From positions 1 to 64,000 of the forward strand of contig OZ176055.1 of the NCBI GenBank assembly GCA_964247055.1: DNA of 64,000 nucleotides, written 5' to 3'. Position 1 is the stretch's first letter. The number at the start of each line of letters is the position of its first letter. Shown here one piece after another: positions 22,801-35,769 of this stretch. Source of the DNA: Paragordius varius (taxonomy: Eukaryota; Animalia; Nematomorpha). The notes under the pieces are model-generated. The model did not search any database. It had not been told where the DNA came from and saw only the letters and a program-made list of their open reading frames with translations. Made by a program: the position numbers and the translations under genes.

Positions 22801-23959
22801 GAAATAGTACAGTAAGAGAAATTATACAAATAATAAAACATAAGACAAATACAACCATTTTAAAACTTATTCCGAAAACCAATCAATTATTTATTATTGT
22901 AAAATATATGATTATTTGTATTACGGAATCATGTCTCCTTCACCCTTTGCAAAACAAACAATGAGTTCAGATTTTAAAAAAGGTATAGCCGTCTTTATTC
23001 GCCTTTATGCTTTTACGTTTTGTCTGTATAATTTCAATTTTTACTGCAAAATCTATTTTATAACTTTCCACCATATTACAAATTTTAATTTTAAAATTAA
23101 AGAATGATTTTCTATAAATCAACATTGTAAACATGATGGCAAAATATATACTCTAAAGGAGAAAGCATCTCTCCGCCTTCTTTGTGGCGAACTGAAATCG
23201 TAGTGAGGCCACAATCCTTGTTCCAAATAAAATATGACAATCAGATCTCCGGAAAACTTTTGTCCAGCATTCGCTTGTATTCCATATTGTGTTAATGGCA
23301 AAAGTTGGTTGCATTTATCCGTTGGGATTTGCCAATAAACGTTAAATCCACTATCGCTTGGTGGAACAGAAACGGCTTTAATTGTTCTCTCTTCAGAGAT
23401 TCCTAAATTTTCAGGATTTTGCGAAATCTCATTGTGAGAGTCATCGATTGGCGATTCCAGAAGTTGGCTGGAAAGAACATCATCAGATGGTTTGAATGAC
23501 TCAAAAAAAGAATCATTTTTATATTTTGTTTGAGCCGCTATATCATTAATATTTTACAAAATATACTCTGTAAATCAATGCATTGTAATTAAAGCATTAT
23601 TTATTTATATATACCATTTACTCAAATTTACCCTTGAACAATTCATATTCACCTGAACAATTTAAATTCACCCGAAAATAATTTGTGTTTTTTAAGATTA
23701 AAATTACCTATATTTTTAAAAAATGAAATTTTGTTCAAGATTGAAATAATACTAAAAAAATAAACTTTCATAAAGATATATTTCGTATTAATGATGAGTT
23801 ATATTGGCCCGAAAAAACATAATATATTTTTAGGGCGATTTGAATTGTTTGAGGGTGAGTGTGAAAAATGGTATATTATGAGAAAGAGTTTATTCTTTAT
23901 AACTTACCAGTCCAACTGACACAAAATAACAGTAGTAGACCCCAAAATATAATGTACAT
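19876..23959 (-). CDS. Hyaluronidase (glycoside hydrolase family 56), secreted, ~9 exons
   Basis: Exon 1 (23908-23959) encodes a signal peptide, MYIIFWGLLLLFCVSWT. Spliced exons give FNVYWQIPT...QYGIQAN...FSGDLIVIFY...GLWPHY, NGGIPQRGNL..HL, catalytic GLAIIDFEEY, FDQAARSFFEQTLKLAIKLRP.AKWGYYGFPYCY, NASTALYPSIY, GIDGM|IVWSS and TLGPYV. GT-AG phases were checked at several junctions; the 3'-most exon junction is less certain. Confidence 0.9.
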
Positions 23960-25450
23960 AAAGGAACGGAATAATGAAAAAATTTAAATTAATAATTAAA
24001 CCTATCTATTTAATAGTTGTGATATTTATACTTTTTCATATCCAAACTATGGCACCCATTGCATGCAAACGGTGCCAATTGGAACAATGTAAAATTGAAA
24101 AAGTGCTCCCCTATATTTCACACCTTTTGCAATTGTTATATAAATTTGATAAAATATGTATCAAAAAACATTGCGAAAATTGGTGTGCACAATAGGAACA
24201 TAACGCTTTACATTATGATTCCAAAAGTGTGCGTTGCACATTAAATCAGGCCAATCCAATATTTAACAAAACATTTTTTGGAAATAAAGTGGATTTTTAA
24301 AAAAGTTAAATAAAATGAAAAGTTTTACCTTTATGAATTTTTCTGGTTAAATAAATGAGGAATGGCACAGTGTGAATTTTATTTTGGCGCACAGTGGTGC
24401 CATTTAAACAATATTTCTTTCTTAAATTGCCAATCACCAAATTGTGTCTTCTATTATTAAACCGTTTATTCTCCAAATCTAAATTCCATTATTATTAATT
24501 TTTTATTGAATAGATTATTATTAATCAATATATATGTAAACATTTTACCATGATGCATAAATTTATGAATTTTTAAAATTGGTTGATTCTTCGATAATGG
24601 AATGATGAATGGCTTTTGACAGTTTACATTAGTTTTTAAGTGAAGACATATTATTAGTAAAAAATGGAATATCGTGAACATCTTTTTGATAATAATATAA
24701 TTTTTAAAAAAAAATTGTTATGAATATCCTATTTGATTTTATGACTCATAATATAAAATATATACAGGCCCCATTATTCAATGCCGATGCAACAACAGGA
24801 TTTAACATGTTTATGTTTTATATTAAAAATAAAAACACTCGCTTTCTTAGAATCTTGTTTAAGAATTTATGTCGTATGGAGAAAATTTTTTATATCTTAT
24901 AAATGTATCGAAAATTGACCAAGAAAAGGAATATTTTTCAATATTTTTTATATAATATTTAAAATAAATGAATACCACTCCAATTATTTAAAAAATAGTT
25001 CCCAATATAATTTTAGCTTGTTAGCACAAATCTGATTAATTTTTGCCATTGCTTAAATAATGTAATGAAAACGTCAATGCATTCTACCCTGAATTTTTTA
25101 GTCGAACATCAACTGCAATTTGCACCCATCAAGAATTATTTTTAATCATGGGCAATCGGAAAATTCTCTTAAATGATTAATTGAAGGTATTAGAATTATA
25201 TTGAAAAGGTATAAATATTTATTAGTATTAATTGTATCATGAAAATGGGATATATGTTGATATATAATATTAAATAAGAATCGCCGGATATTTGTTGCAG
25301 GCAAAATTATATTTATTAAAACCGACTTAGACATTTTTGTGTATGTAATTTTTGATGAATTTCGGGTTTGACTTGAGTCTTGGCTAGCATTCCACGCTTC
25401 TCTGAATGCTTTTAAAGCAAAAACCGTTTTTTAATTGTCTGGATTGGAGA

Positions 25451-28400
25451 TTATCGAGTAATATTTCCAAACATGCGACTATTCAATGGCACGCATCTGT
25501 ATTTAACTCTGAAGAATGTTTTCTGTTTTGAAATTTGTTTGATCCTATTAATTACAAATAAAGAAAGCTAAAAAACTGCATTAAATCATCGCCAATTATT
25601 ACAATAAAAATTAAATTAAGCAGACAAATCGTAAAAAAAATATTATATTTTTCAAAAGACAACCATACATTTTTAAGCCTTAATTTGCCTAAATTGCAAT
25701 TGCGAAACACATAATTGAGTGTGTTACGAATTGAAATGTCTTTCTTCATACTTTTCATTAGAAAACAATGAGATGTAATTAAAAAAATCAAATATCAAAA
25801 AGTGCAACGTTAAAAATATTGTCTTTATATTTTTATGTTTCATATAATTTACTGTGAATTAAAGATATAATATTACCTTGGATCCAAATGACATCCATTA
25901 ACGCTCCATTCCTTGCAAGGAACCAAAGCTTCGTCCTCCACGTGAACAATGTACACTTTCTGATACTTTTCTCTGAACGGCATCATGGCACATAGCCTCC
26001 TACATATCAAAATAAAAGTGTCACTCATAAAATATTTTTCTAATTTATCACAGACAAATGGTTTTTTTTTCATGAAGGAATTTTATTTAAAGTCAACTTA
26101 AATATTTTTTATGAATTTAGTTATATTCAAAAGATATGTACCATTTGAATATTTTGGTAAGTTTTTATAATCGGTTTTTCTAAAAGAAATTTTTGGTTGA
26201 TTTGTACTGCGAAAGTAGTGTATAACTATATAGTATCTAAAGTAAACTTGATTAAACAACATTCAAGTTATTTTTCAAGCTGTTTCTATTTAAATTATTT
26301 CAAATCAGATTATGAAAAAGCCGAATTTTTAAAATATCCTATTATCAATCCCATTTAATTTAAATAGTAAATAGTATAAAATACTGTTTCTCGCATCTTT
26401 CGCCATAGAATCCAAATTTACATCGACACACTTGTTTGGATTCATTTATGCTGGCAGTGCTTTTATAAGAAAAGGTTAGATCAGTTCTTTCGCCATTCCC
26501 AGTATCGTTTGCGGAAATTGGTGGTGATTTGGTGAGAGAAATGCAAGTGCCCCCATTCAAACAAGGATTCGTGTCACAATTTTGTGACCTGAGGACAATT
26601 TCTGCCAAAGCTAATTGACATTGCGGACCTGTATGGGATGATGGGCAATGGCATTGATTTGGTGCAATGCAAATGCCACTATTTAAACATTCGGGCTCAC
26701 AAATAGGAGAACAGCTGGTCGCTTTTAGCAAATGGCCGTCAGGACACGTGCACACATCAGAATTCATGCAGCTGTCAATTAAAATTGAATATTTGTTACA
26801 ATATATTAAAGTAATTAAAGGGAACTATTGCATCTTTAACAAAGCCCTTGCTTACGTATGAAAACCGTATAGTAAAATTATTTATTAAAGTTACTTTGAA
26901 TTATTAATATATCTTAACTCTGTTGCTTCCAAACTCCTGTATAACATTCCCTATAAATCCTTCACATTTTATTTCATATTTTTAACAATAAGGGATATAG
27001 TAAATAAATGAATATTTAATGACATGTAGTTAAAAATAAAATAAAAACTTACAATAATTTTATTAATTTAATATAAATTAGGTATGTTTAAAATTTATAC
27101 ATTAAATAAATTATACGGTGTTAATAATTAGAAAAAAGTTATATCCTTTACATGCAAAAACCATGGAACTAATGCTCACCTTTTTACGACCAGAACATCA
27201 ACAAAAAAGATTCGAACAGTATTTATCCACCCATTATTACAGAATGTAAATTTGCTAATTAATTCACATTATTTAGAAATAAAAAAAAACATACCCTATC
27301 TTACGACTTTAAATTTGTTTATATAATTATGAAGAAATCACACGCTACTATGACCAATTGGCCAACAATAACTTAATCTGGCTCTAACATAAATGTGCAT
27401 ACTGTTTATAATTTCTCATTTACAAATAGATTATTGACAAACCTGCCACCACTGGATAAACACTTTTGTGGGCAAGAGAACTGACAAAAAGAACCCGAAA
27501 ATCCTGGCGAGCAACTGCAGTTATTGGGAGCTTGACATTTTCCTCCATTCTGGCAATCTGAGAACCTTAAATGGCCTTCAGAAGACAATTCGCAAATCGG
27601 CTCTTCACAAAACTTTCCTGTGTAACCTTTTTTGCAGTTACACCTGTTCTGTTTATGACAAGATGCACCATTCAAACATTTTTTGCACCATTCATTGCCA
27701 TCATCACCTGTAAAAGTGGAACAGAAAGATTAGTAATGATCTTATTATATATCATGGTGCATTAATTATAATTGGTATTTGTAAGTATACACTTGAATTT
27801 GTCATCAAATCCAAGTTTTCATTTGTCGGAGCAAAAAGCGGTGGTGGAATGTGGCCAGACCCAAATTGCGATTTGGTTTGCATGATTCCGCTTCCCAATA
27901 CTTGATTAAAGTCTTCATCATCTTGGTTTATCCAGTCATTACTGTTTTGATTTCGGTTAATGTATTCTTTTCGTTGGACTTTGAGAGTAGTGCTTATCAT
28001 AGACAACAGAGTATGGGAATTTGGTGAAATTGGCTCAACATCATTCAAAAGGCTGGCAGAGGACACATTATTATCAGCATTATTTTGCGGCGCTGAGATC
28101 ATATCCGTGGATGTTTTGATTACTTGATCATAATAGGAACGTTTCTATAGAATGCAATTAATATAATAAAATTATGTCAAATCCAGTTTACTGATAAACG
28201 AGAAATTACCCGAACAGTTTTGGCGGAGCATTGGTGATTTGATAAATCTTTTGAGGTCGTAGATACTAACACGTGTTCCAAAATCCCTTCAAATCTGTTT
28301 CTCAAGGATGGAAAATCGGCGAAATTAGAACCGAGTGTCGTTACACCACCGAAATTCAAACGTGAATCTAAAATCAGAAAAATATCCCTAATTAAAAATT

Positions 28401-31400
28401 GAAATTATGCACACACAACGTAAAAACTAACAGATATTTATTTGAAGACAAAAATTGTAAAGATTTTACTAATATTACTACATATCTTTCTAGGTGGCAA
28501 AATATAGAATGAAGCCGTATTAATACACTTAATCATATGATTTTGCAATATACTTAGGATTTTATGTGGGAAAATTGAGATTTAAACAATGTATAGCGGT
28601 GTTTTTCAATAAATGTTTTTACATTTTGTCTGTATAATTCAATTTCTACTGTAATAGTTAAACATTCTATAACAGTTCAATAATTTGAGGGAATTATTTG
28701 TGGTAAAACACCCCGCACGATATATATTTGTGAATCGGGAATTAAGTGGACAAAACTATAAATTTTAGAAGCAGTGTTGTTGTAATATACTTGTAAAATC
28801 GTGGGAATCAAGTTGAAACATTGCATATTGGACACAATCGACTACAACATTGAGATGAGAAGCGTTCATGTAAATGGCCAGAGAATGCCATCGACCGTCA
28901 TTCAAAGGGGGTAACCACACCGGATCCGGTTTGATGTAAACGACGTCATTCCTAATATATCTAGAGAACGAGGATATACAATATAAAGTCTCATTTTTCC
29001 TTTGATATCAAAGGTCAAGTGCCTAAATCTAGGATTTGTGGAAGCATCAATACTCGCCTGCTGACCAAATTAATAACGTTATATAAGGCGTTGACAGTGC
29101 AAGGTATAAATTTTGATTTTAATTAATTTAAATTATAATTAGCATAATTTTTCGTAAAGAAATTGTTTGGGTGTTTAAATTTGAATAAATAGTAATTATT
29201 ATAAAAGTCTACTAGAAACTTTAAATTGCAAATGCCATTTCTGAATTTTAATTTGAATTTACTAAAAAATATTTATCAGATTGCGTTTTGCTGTAGATAA
29301 TCAAAATTTTCGAGAATCGGAGACGATTCAAAAGCCTCTAAGTAATTAATTTTAATTCTTAAATTTAATACGGTGTACTTTTATTTAGGGATGAATTAAT
29401 TATTTTAGAAGCCCCAAATTACATTTTAGATATTTAATATGTGAATTTAACCAATTTAATATCATTGTATGTAAAATTAAAATATACTGCAAAAGTTGAG
29501 GCGTTGGTTTTTTATCAGGAATATTGTTGTTTGTGAGGTTTGGGTTTATGAGATCTTTTGATATGCGGATATGATTCTCTAATTGGATTTCATGGGTTTG
29601 TTCCTTTTCCTCGAGTGTCGGATCATAAATCCTTACATCTCGTTTAATGCGCAAATTAGCCAGAAAAGTGTTCCCAATGTTTCGACTATAAAAAATTGGA
29701 GCCGACAAACGTCGCACTGGAAATGTGTTTGTCCGTTTAATTCTTAAATCATTACTAATAAGAGGGTTGGATTCCTTATATGACCCACTGCTATTATTTA
29801 TATCATCATTTTTATTTATTTTGTTTAGCATGATTTTTTCTCTTTGCGATTCAATTTTTTGGTAAATAATTTGAGTTTCTTTGCCCAAACGAATGCCGAA
29901 TTGCATTTTAGCTGTAAAATAAGTTGATTAGTTTTAAATGAGGAAAGCTAAAAATGGAGGTATATTATAATTTTTTAATATAGCTACCTTTTAACGATGA
30001 TATAGTGAATAAATATCCATTGTTTTGTGGGTAAGATTTGAATGAGAGGAAAAGATTAAAGCCTTGCGTTTTTTGAGGTTCTCGGATAATATTGGAGGTT
30101 GGGGTCATTAATGTTGCATAACGAGTTATTTCAAAGGCTGTCGGCCGTATTTGTAACTTTTTAACGCCGCGGGGAAAGTGTTTTAGCAAAAGACCTTCAA
30201 GTAAATCCAAAGAATCTAAAAAAAGAAAATTTGATATTTATTGTGTCATGTTGGGGGAGGGTATTTTTTTGTTTTACCTTTGCAAGGAAATGTATTGCAC
30301 ATTCTTTCCTCTGTTTCCTGGTCACAAAGGGGATTGAATCCACACTTTCTTTGACGGAATTGCAAACCTCGATTGCATTTGGCATTACATGGGCTCCATT
30401 CTGACCATTCATCAATACCTAACATATAATATATTTAGATATACAGTTTAATTCACAAAAAATTGTTATTGTATAGGAATATTTAAAAAAATACTAGCTG
30501 TGTGTTGTTCCTAATCGGATTAATAAATATACGGTTTAGAGTCTCTTTTTTCCTTTTTTTATCAAAGGGTTAAATAAAGGACCTTAATACTCGCCTGCCT
30601 GACCAGGGCTAATTGACAGTGATGATACATCGCGTAGTTTCGTGTTGGAACTCTGGCACGCCGGCGGATTAATAAAATATCATAAACTTTTATTAAGTTA
30701 TTGATTAATTGTCGAAACATATTTCACATCTCAGAATGTACTTACCTTTGTTTTTTCCGTCGTTTTTATTTTACAACTATTTTTGCTATAGCAAACCGTT
30801 CATCCTATTTTATAAATGGGCATTGATTTCTAAAAATTGTTTCAAATATATAAAGGGTACATCGAGGTCACAAAAATTTAGTCATTTCACCGATTATATT
30901 ATAACAATCAAGGATAATTATCACAAGGATATAAACAATTTTAGGGCTTAACTTTATTACAAATAAATAATACCTTATTTAAAAATTGTATTAGTTTAAT
31001 AATATTATTAACATACCTAAACTGTAATAAAATAGTTTTTCGAAATCTCTTCTGTAGGGAATGAGAGGTGGAGGATGTGTTGATTTGGGATAATTTTCTT
31101 GTTCTGGAAAACGGTTTTTATCTTTCGTTAGAGATGACAAATTCTTTTGTTGGGGAAAAAAGTTTTTCTTAAATGAAAGACAATCTACATAAATGGTGTT
31201 GAGGGAAACATCAAAATTTCCAACAATAATAAATGGTTTCGCATTCACAAAAATTGGATAATTATCTAGCAAACAACTTGTGTTTGATCGATCTGCCAAA
31301 AATATTAAATCAGTGCTGTTGTTTGCATCGAGTGAACTGTTGATATTATCAACATCCTTTTTACTGCCATTAACATTTGGAAAGATGTCGGAAATTGGGT

Positions 31401-32349
31401 ATGGCAGCTGCTTAAGTCCCAAAATTTCAGGGACTCCCTTGTACAATTCCTGGATGCGGATTAGCATGACGTTTCCTTCGCCATTTTCTTGTAAAGTTTT
31501 TAAAGTTGTACTTTTAATCAAAGGGGAGAGAATGATATTTTCATCCAAAATTAATCGATCAATGTGCACAGGACTTAAGACTTGAGTAACTTTTGCGATT
31601 GTATCATAGGTAGAAGTTATAACATGTAAGTATTTATTGTTAAAAATTTTGTCATATTCGGATATTAGGATTTGATTATCATTAACTAATGCATTTTCTT
31701 GCGTCATGGTTTGACGCATGTTGGTAGTCAAATGGGGCTCATTTCGTAAATCAGTGAGAACCATTCGTTTCCAATCATTTATGAAGAGTTGACTTAATCT
31801 TTTTTCGTTTTCCAAAACCTGTAAATATTTGATGGTTTGATTATCATATTGGAGATCAAAGTTTATTGCATTTAATGTGAGGTTCGTGTTGGCATATCCC
31901 TGAGAATCAGAAAAACTCTCTTCTTCCTTCCCATTGAGATCTAGATTAACAAGTTTTAATGTTGAAGGTTTTTCTGAAGTAGGTTGGGGTGCTTTGGTTG
32001 ATTGATTGCATGAAGTTCTTCCAATAAATCGTTTCACTGGAAGACACGAGGAGGAAAGCGTCGTCCTAAAAAAATAAAATGGTGGGCACGAAAAGATGAG
32101 AACTAGCAGTGTGGATACTAATAGAATAAAGAGAACCAAACCGCAAGTTATTATTAGTTTGTTCTTGAATAGGAGATATTGGTATTGTTTCCTTTTAATT
32201 AATCTTTTGGGGTAATTTTGCCGGCTTTCGGAACTGTGGTGTTGATGAGCATTATGATCTATTGATAAACTTTCGCTGAGAGAGGAATCAGAAGTTCGGC
32301 CTTCCAGATCCGGTGAAGGAAGGGGTGGATAGTACAGATCAAACCCCAT
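25451..32349 (-). CDS. Type II membrane protein: TM anchor - long stalk - TSP1 - TSPN/laminin-G - multiple EGF - Cys-rich C-terminus (~11 exons)
   Basis: Exon 1 (31017-32349) has a hydrophobic LIITCGLVLFILLVSTLLVLIF segment. TSP1 exon: GIDEWSEWSPCNAKCNRGLQFRQRKC...RMCNTFPC. TSPN/LamG motifs: DSLDLLEG..., GYLFTI, LNDGRWHSLAI...VVVDC, FEGILEHV...QC. EGF units: CLNGASC..GYTGKFC, CQNGGKC.APN.C.C.PGFSG, CLNSGIC.APNQC, CLNGGTC...CRCKFGFYGERC. Splice phases agree at the junctions checked. Stop TAA at 25451-25453. Confidence 0.8.
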
Positions 32350-35300
32350 TTATTAATGTTAATCTTATATAAACAAGTCAAGTGTGAGAAGAAATGTAAA
32401 ATAAAATGTCAAAAAAATATTTATATGGTCTTGATTCGTAGATAGGGGGTATATTTAAAGGGGTTTAATTTAAGCGATCTCGCCAGTTAAATTATAATTT
32501 CGAATAATGAGGACTCTTGAGTGTGACACAAAATGAAAAAATTTGGTTCCCTTAATATGATAATTAAAAAAAATATTGTGTGAGATAATAGACGCGCGAC
32601 AATGTATAGATTGCTAGAGGTAGATGGTAGTGCATAGGCTATATGCGATATAAAAGTCAAGCGAATAATATCTTAATTAAATTACGGAAAGAAAGTATAA
32701 ATAATACATTATGTCATTAGGCCTAAATGTATAATTGAATTTGAAAATATTTTGTATGATATTGAAGTTTTTGTTGCAAGTTTTGTGACCTCTACCCCGA
32801 CATTGTCCTTTCGTTTGTGTTGGCGAGAGGCCAAACATATTGACTGTCAGGAGGACCCCCACACACTCAGAAAAAAAGAAAAATTCTGTCTTATTATTCT
32901 AATATAAGTGAAGAGAGAGTTTGAAACTAACTTCAAAATATAAGAATGTTTTTGTTGTGTGATGACAAGTGTCGCAAATATAATGATGGCGAAAAAATTA
33001 TTAATTATATCATAATTATTATTGTTATCAAATGTACTTGTAAATAAATAATCTTACGAACGAATAAAAAAATGAGAATATCACATTATATTTCATAATC
33101 GCAATTATATAAAGACTCGTGTCGTCTACTTGTGTTTTTTATATACACCTATCTGAATGAGCCTGCTTGCTACCAAAACAATGATTATATCAAAAAAAGT
33201 ATAAATGGGGATGGATATCTTTTTGTCATAATAATTTGCAAAATAATCGCAATTTTATTAAAAGTTCTGTCCTGTCCTAATTAATTGAAACCAAAGATAA
33301 ATAGGATTATTTTACATACAGTAAAAAGTTCCTAAGTATATCTTTAAAGTTCATAATAAGTTATCAATAGGACATATTATGTTAATGAAAGGTAGTTTGA
33401 AAATTAATAATAATTAGTATAATGATGGACAATGTTGTACTAATTATGATTATAAATTTTAATTGTTTCAAACCAGTGGTGTATGTTTAAAATAGACTTC
33501 TGATTGCTGTCAAAATATAAAATTAGTAAATTCACTGTAGTTTTAAGAAGATTTTTAGATCTGTTTTACGAAACAATTCTATTGTTTCTGGAATATAAAA
33601 CTCAATAACCTGGTTTCTTTTAAACATATAACATCCATATAATGATATCTCATTATTGTAATGAAATGAATATAATTATTATATTAAAAAGATAGTTGAC
33701 AAATAGATGCGTGGCGACTTAAATCATAATGAAAATATTGCTAGAATGAAATACTTTTGAAAATACATGGATATAAATAAGGCAGAGGCGACATTCAGTT
33801 AAATTATATTGTGTTCTCCTCACATAGAGAACAAGTGTTAAAAAATATTATAGTATATTCATATTTATCAATCAATCCTTGCAATACGTACGTATTGATT
33901 AAATAGAAAAGGGATACTGCTAGTTAATTTATTATGTATGTAAAAATATTTTTCTTTCGATTTGGTTTTGTGCTTTCGAGTATTTCGCAGTCCTGCCAAA
34001 ACTAAAAAGACAAACAACAATTATGTCACCAAAAAAATATAAAATTTACAATCTCGCATTGCAAATATGGAGAGATTATCATTAACTAGATATCATTTTC
34101 ACATTTTTACCATTTTTTTCCAACATTGAAATATTTAGGAGGGCTCAACCAAGCTTTTGTAAACACATTCTTTTATTGTAAAATTGGAGGTAACACGGAA
34201 ATATATATTGTCCTGCTTGTGTTATGAAATTAGCATAAATTATGTAATAATTTATCTATCCTTATTTCTTTCATTTCAAGTGAATAATTTGGTTAGGGTT
34301 AGATTTGTCGTTTTGGAGAAATACTCCAAAGCAAATGACACCACACAAATTATAAAAAAAAGATGGTCACTAAATAATTTTCTATAATTTGTAAACAATC
34401 ATATGGCTTCCACATTATTGGTCAAGTTAATACAATATTAAAATATGGTAAACGTCAATATATATATTTTTTAAAAGTTGAAAAAATATTATACCTAGTT
34501 ATTTTTTAAATAGATTGATATTTTTCAATTTTATAATGAAAAACAATTTACCTATAATTTTCTTAAATCATTATTTATAAATTTGGTAAATGCGGCCAGC
34601 TTTGATATAAATTTTTTCTAATTTGATTAATGGCACCTGTTTGTCTCACCGTTGTGATTTATAAATTAAGCAGATTTGCAAACAGAAAATGTCCACTTAT
34701 AAATAATTATTATATGATTGAATTACAAAAGTCAATTAAATTACTCATATTATTAGGGGTCCTGGTTCGTTCTTATATTAATGTAAGTTGACAAAAAATT
34801 TCTTAAAGATTTTTGACCCTTCACAGTATTTTATAAATTTCAAATTTGACATTTTATAAAATTCAATTATAAAGTTTTTTTCATAGCAAAAGCATTTAAT
34901 TGTCACATAAATTTAAAAAACTTTATGCCATCCTACTATGGAAAAATGCGTAAAAAATATTTTTTGCCTTCATATATATATAATTAAATTGTCAAAAGTC
35001 ATTTGATTTATTATTTCGTCCACTATCCTAACAAAAAAATATAATTATTTAAATTTTATGGATGGTATCTATTTAAATTTTATGTTTGTTCGTTTTAAGT
35101 GACTTCTCTAGGCAGTATATTGTGACATTATATTTAGTCACATCTAAAATATTTTTCATCCTAATTTAAAATACAGTAGAAATTTTGTATTTACTATATT
35201 TTATAACTGTGTACCTGATCAAATTTCAATACAATTTGAAATGGCTGTTATACTAAATAGTGTACTAAAAAATCAAAACCATTTTACTTAACCTTGTATT

Positions 35301-35769
35301 GATAAGATTTTAATATATATAAATATAAATAATCGTATTAAGTTACCTTAAAGTCCTTTTTACCTGTCCCTCTCAAAGTTTTAATTTATATAAGGCGTGA
35401 GATTAAGGAAATTATAATAAATATATAACAACCAATTTTTTTCCACACAATATCTGATTACCGTTATTTCTTTTAATTGAGATTATTTTAAGACTGTTGA
35501 CGTTAATTGGGAAGAAAGATGCGTAAATAATCTTTGTGAGACTCCTAACAGTCTGTTACTTACTCAAAGAATAATCATCTCTCTAGATATTTTTTAATCA
35601 ATAATTGTTCAATATATCATAACTCATTACGTGTTAACCTATTAAGCAACCTAAAAAGTTGAGTTTCACTAATTTTTATAATTCATCATATAATAATAAT
35701 TATGTAAAATACATTATTGCGAGAAAATGTAATATTACAATATTTGTTTGTTTAGTGCTGGCTGTCGTT

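Noticed and set aside
24366-24396. Two CACAGTG heptamers (RSS/Transib-like)
   Set aside because: No partner inverted end, nonamer or TSD was found, so they are compatible with chance or TE debris.
30616-30670. GTGATGA resembling a snoRNA box C
   Set aside because: It is antisense to the host intron and has no properly placed box D or terminal stem.
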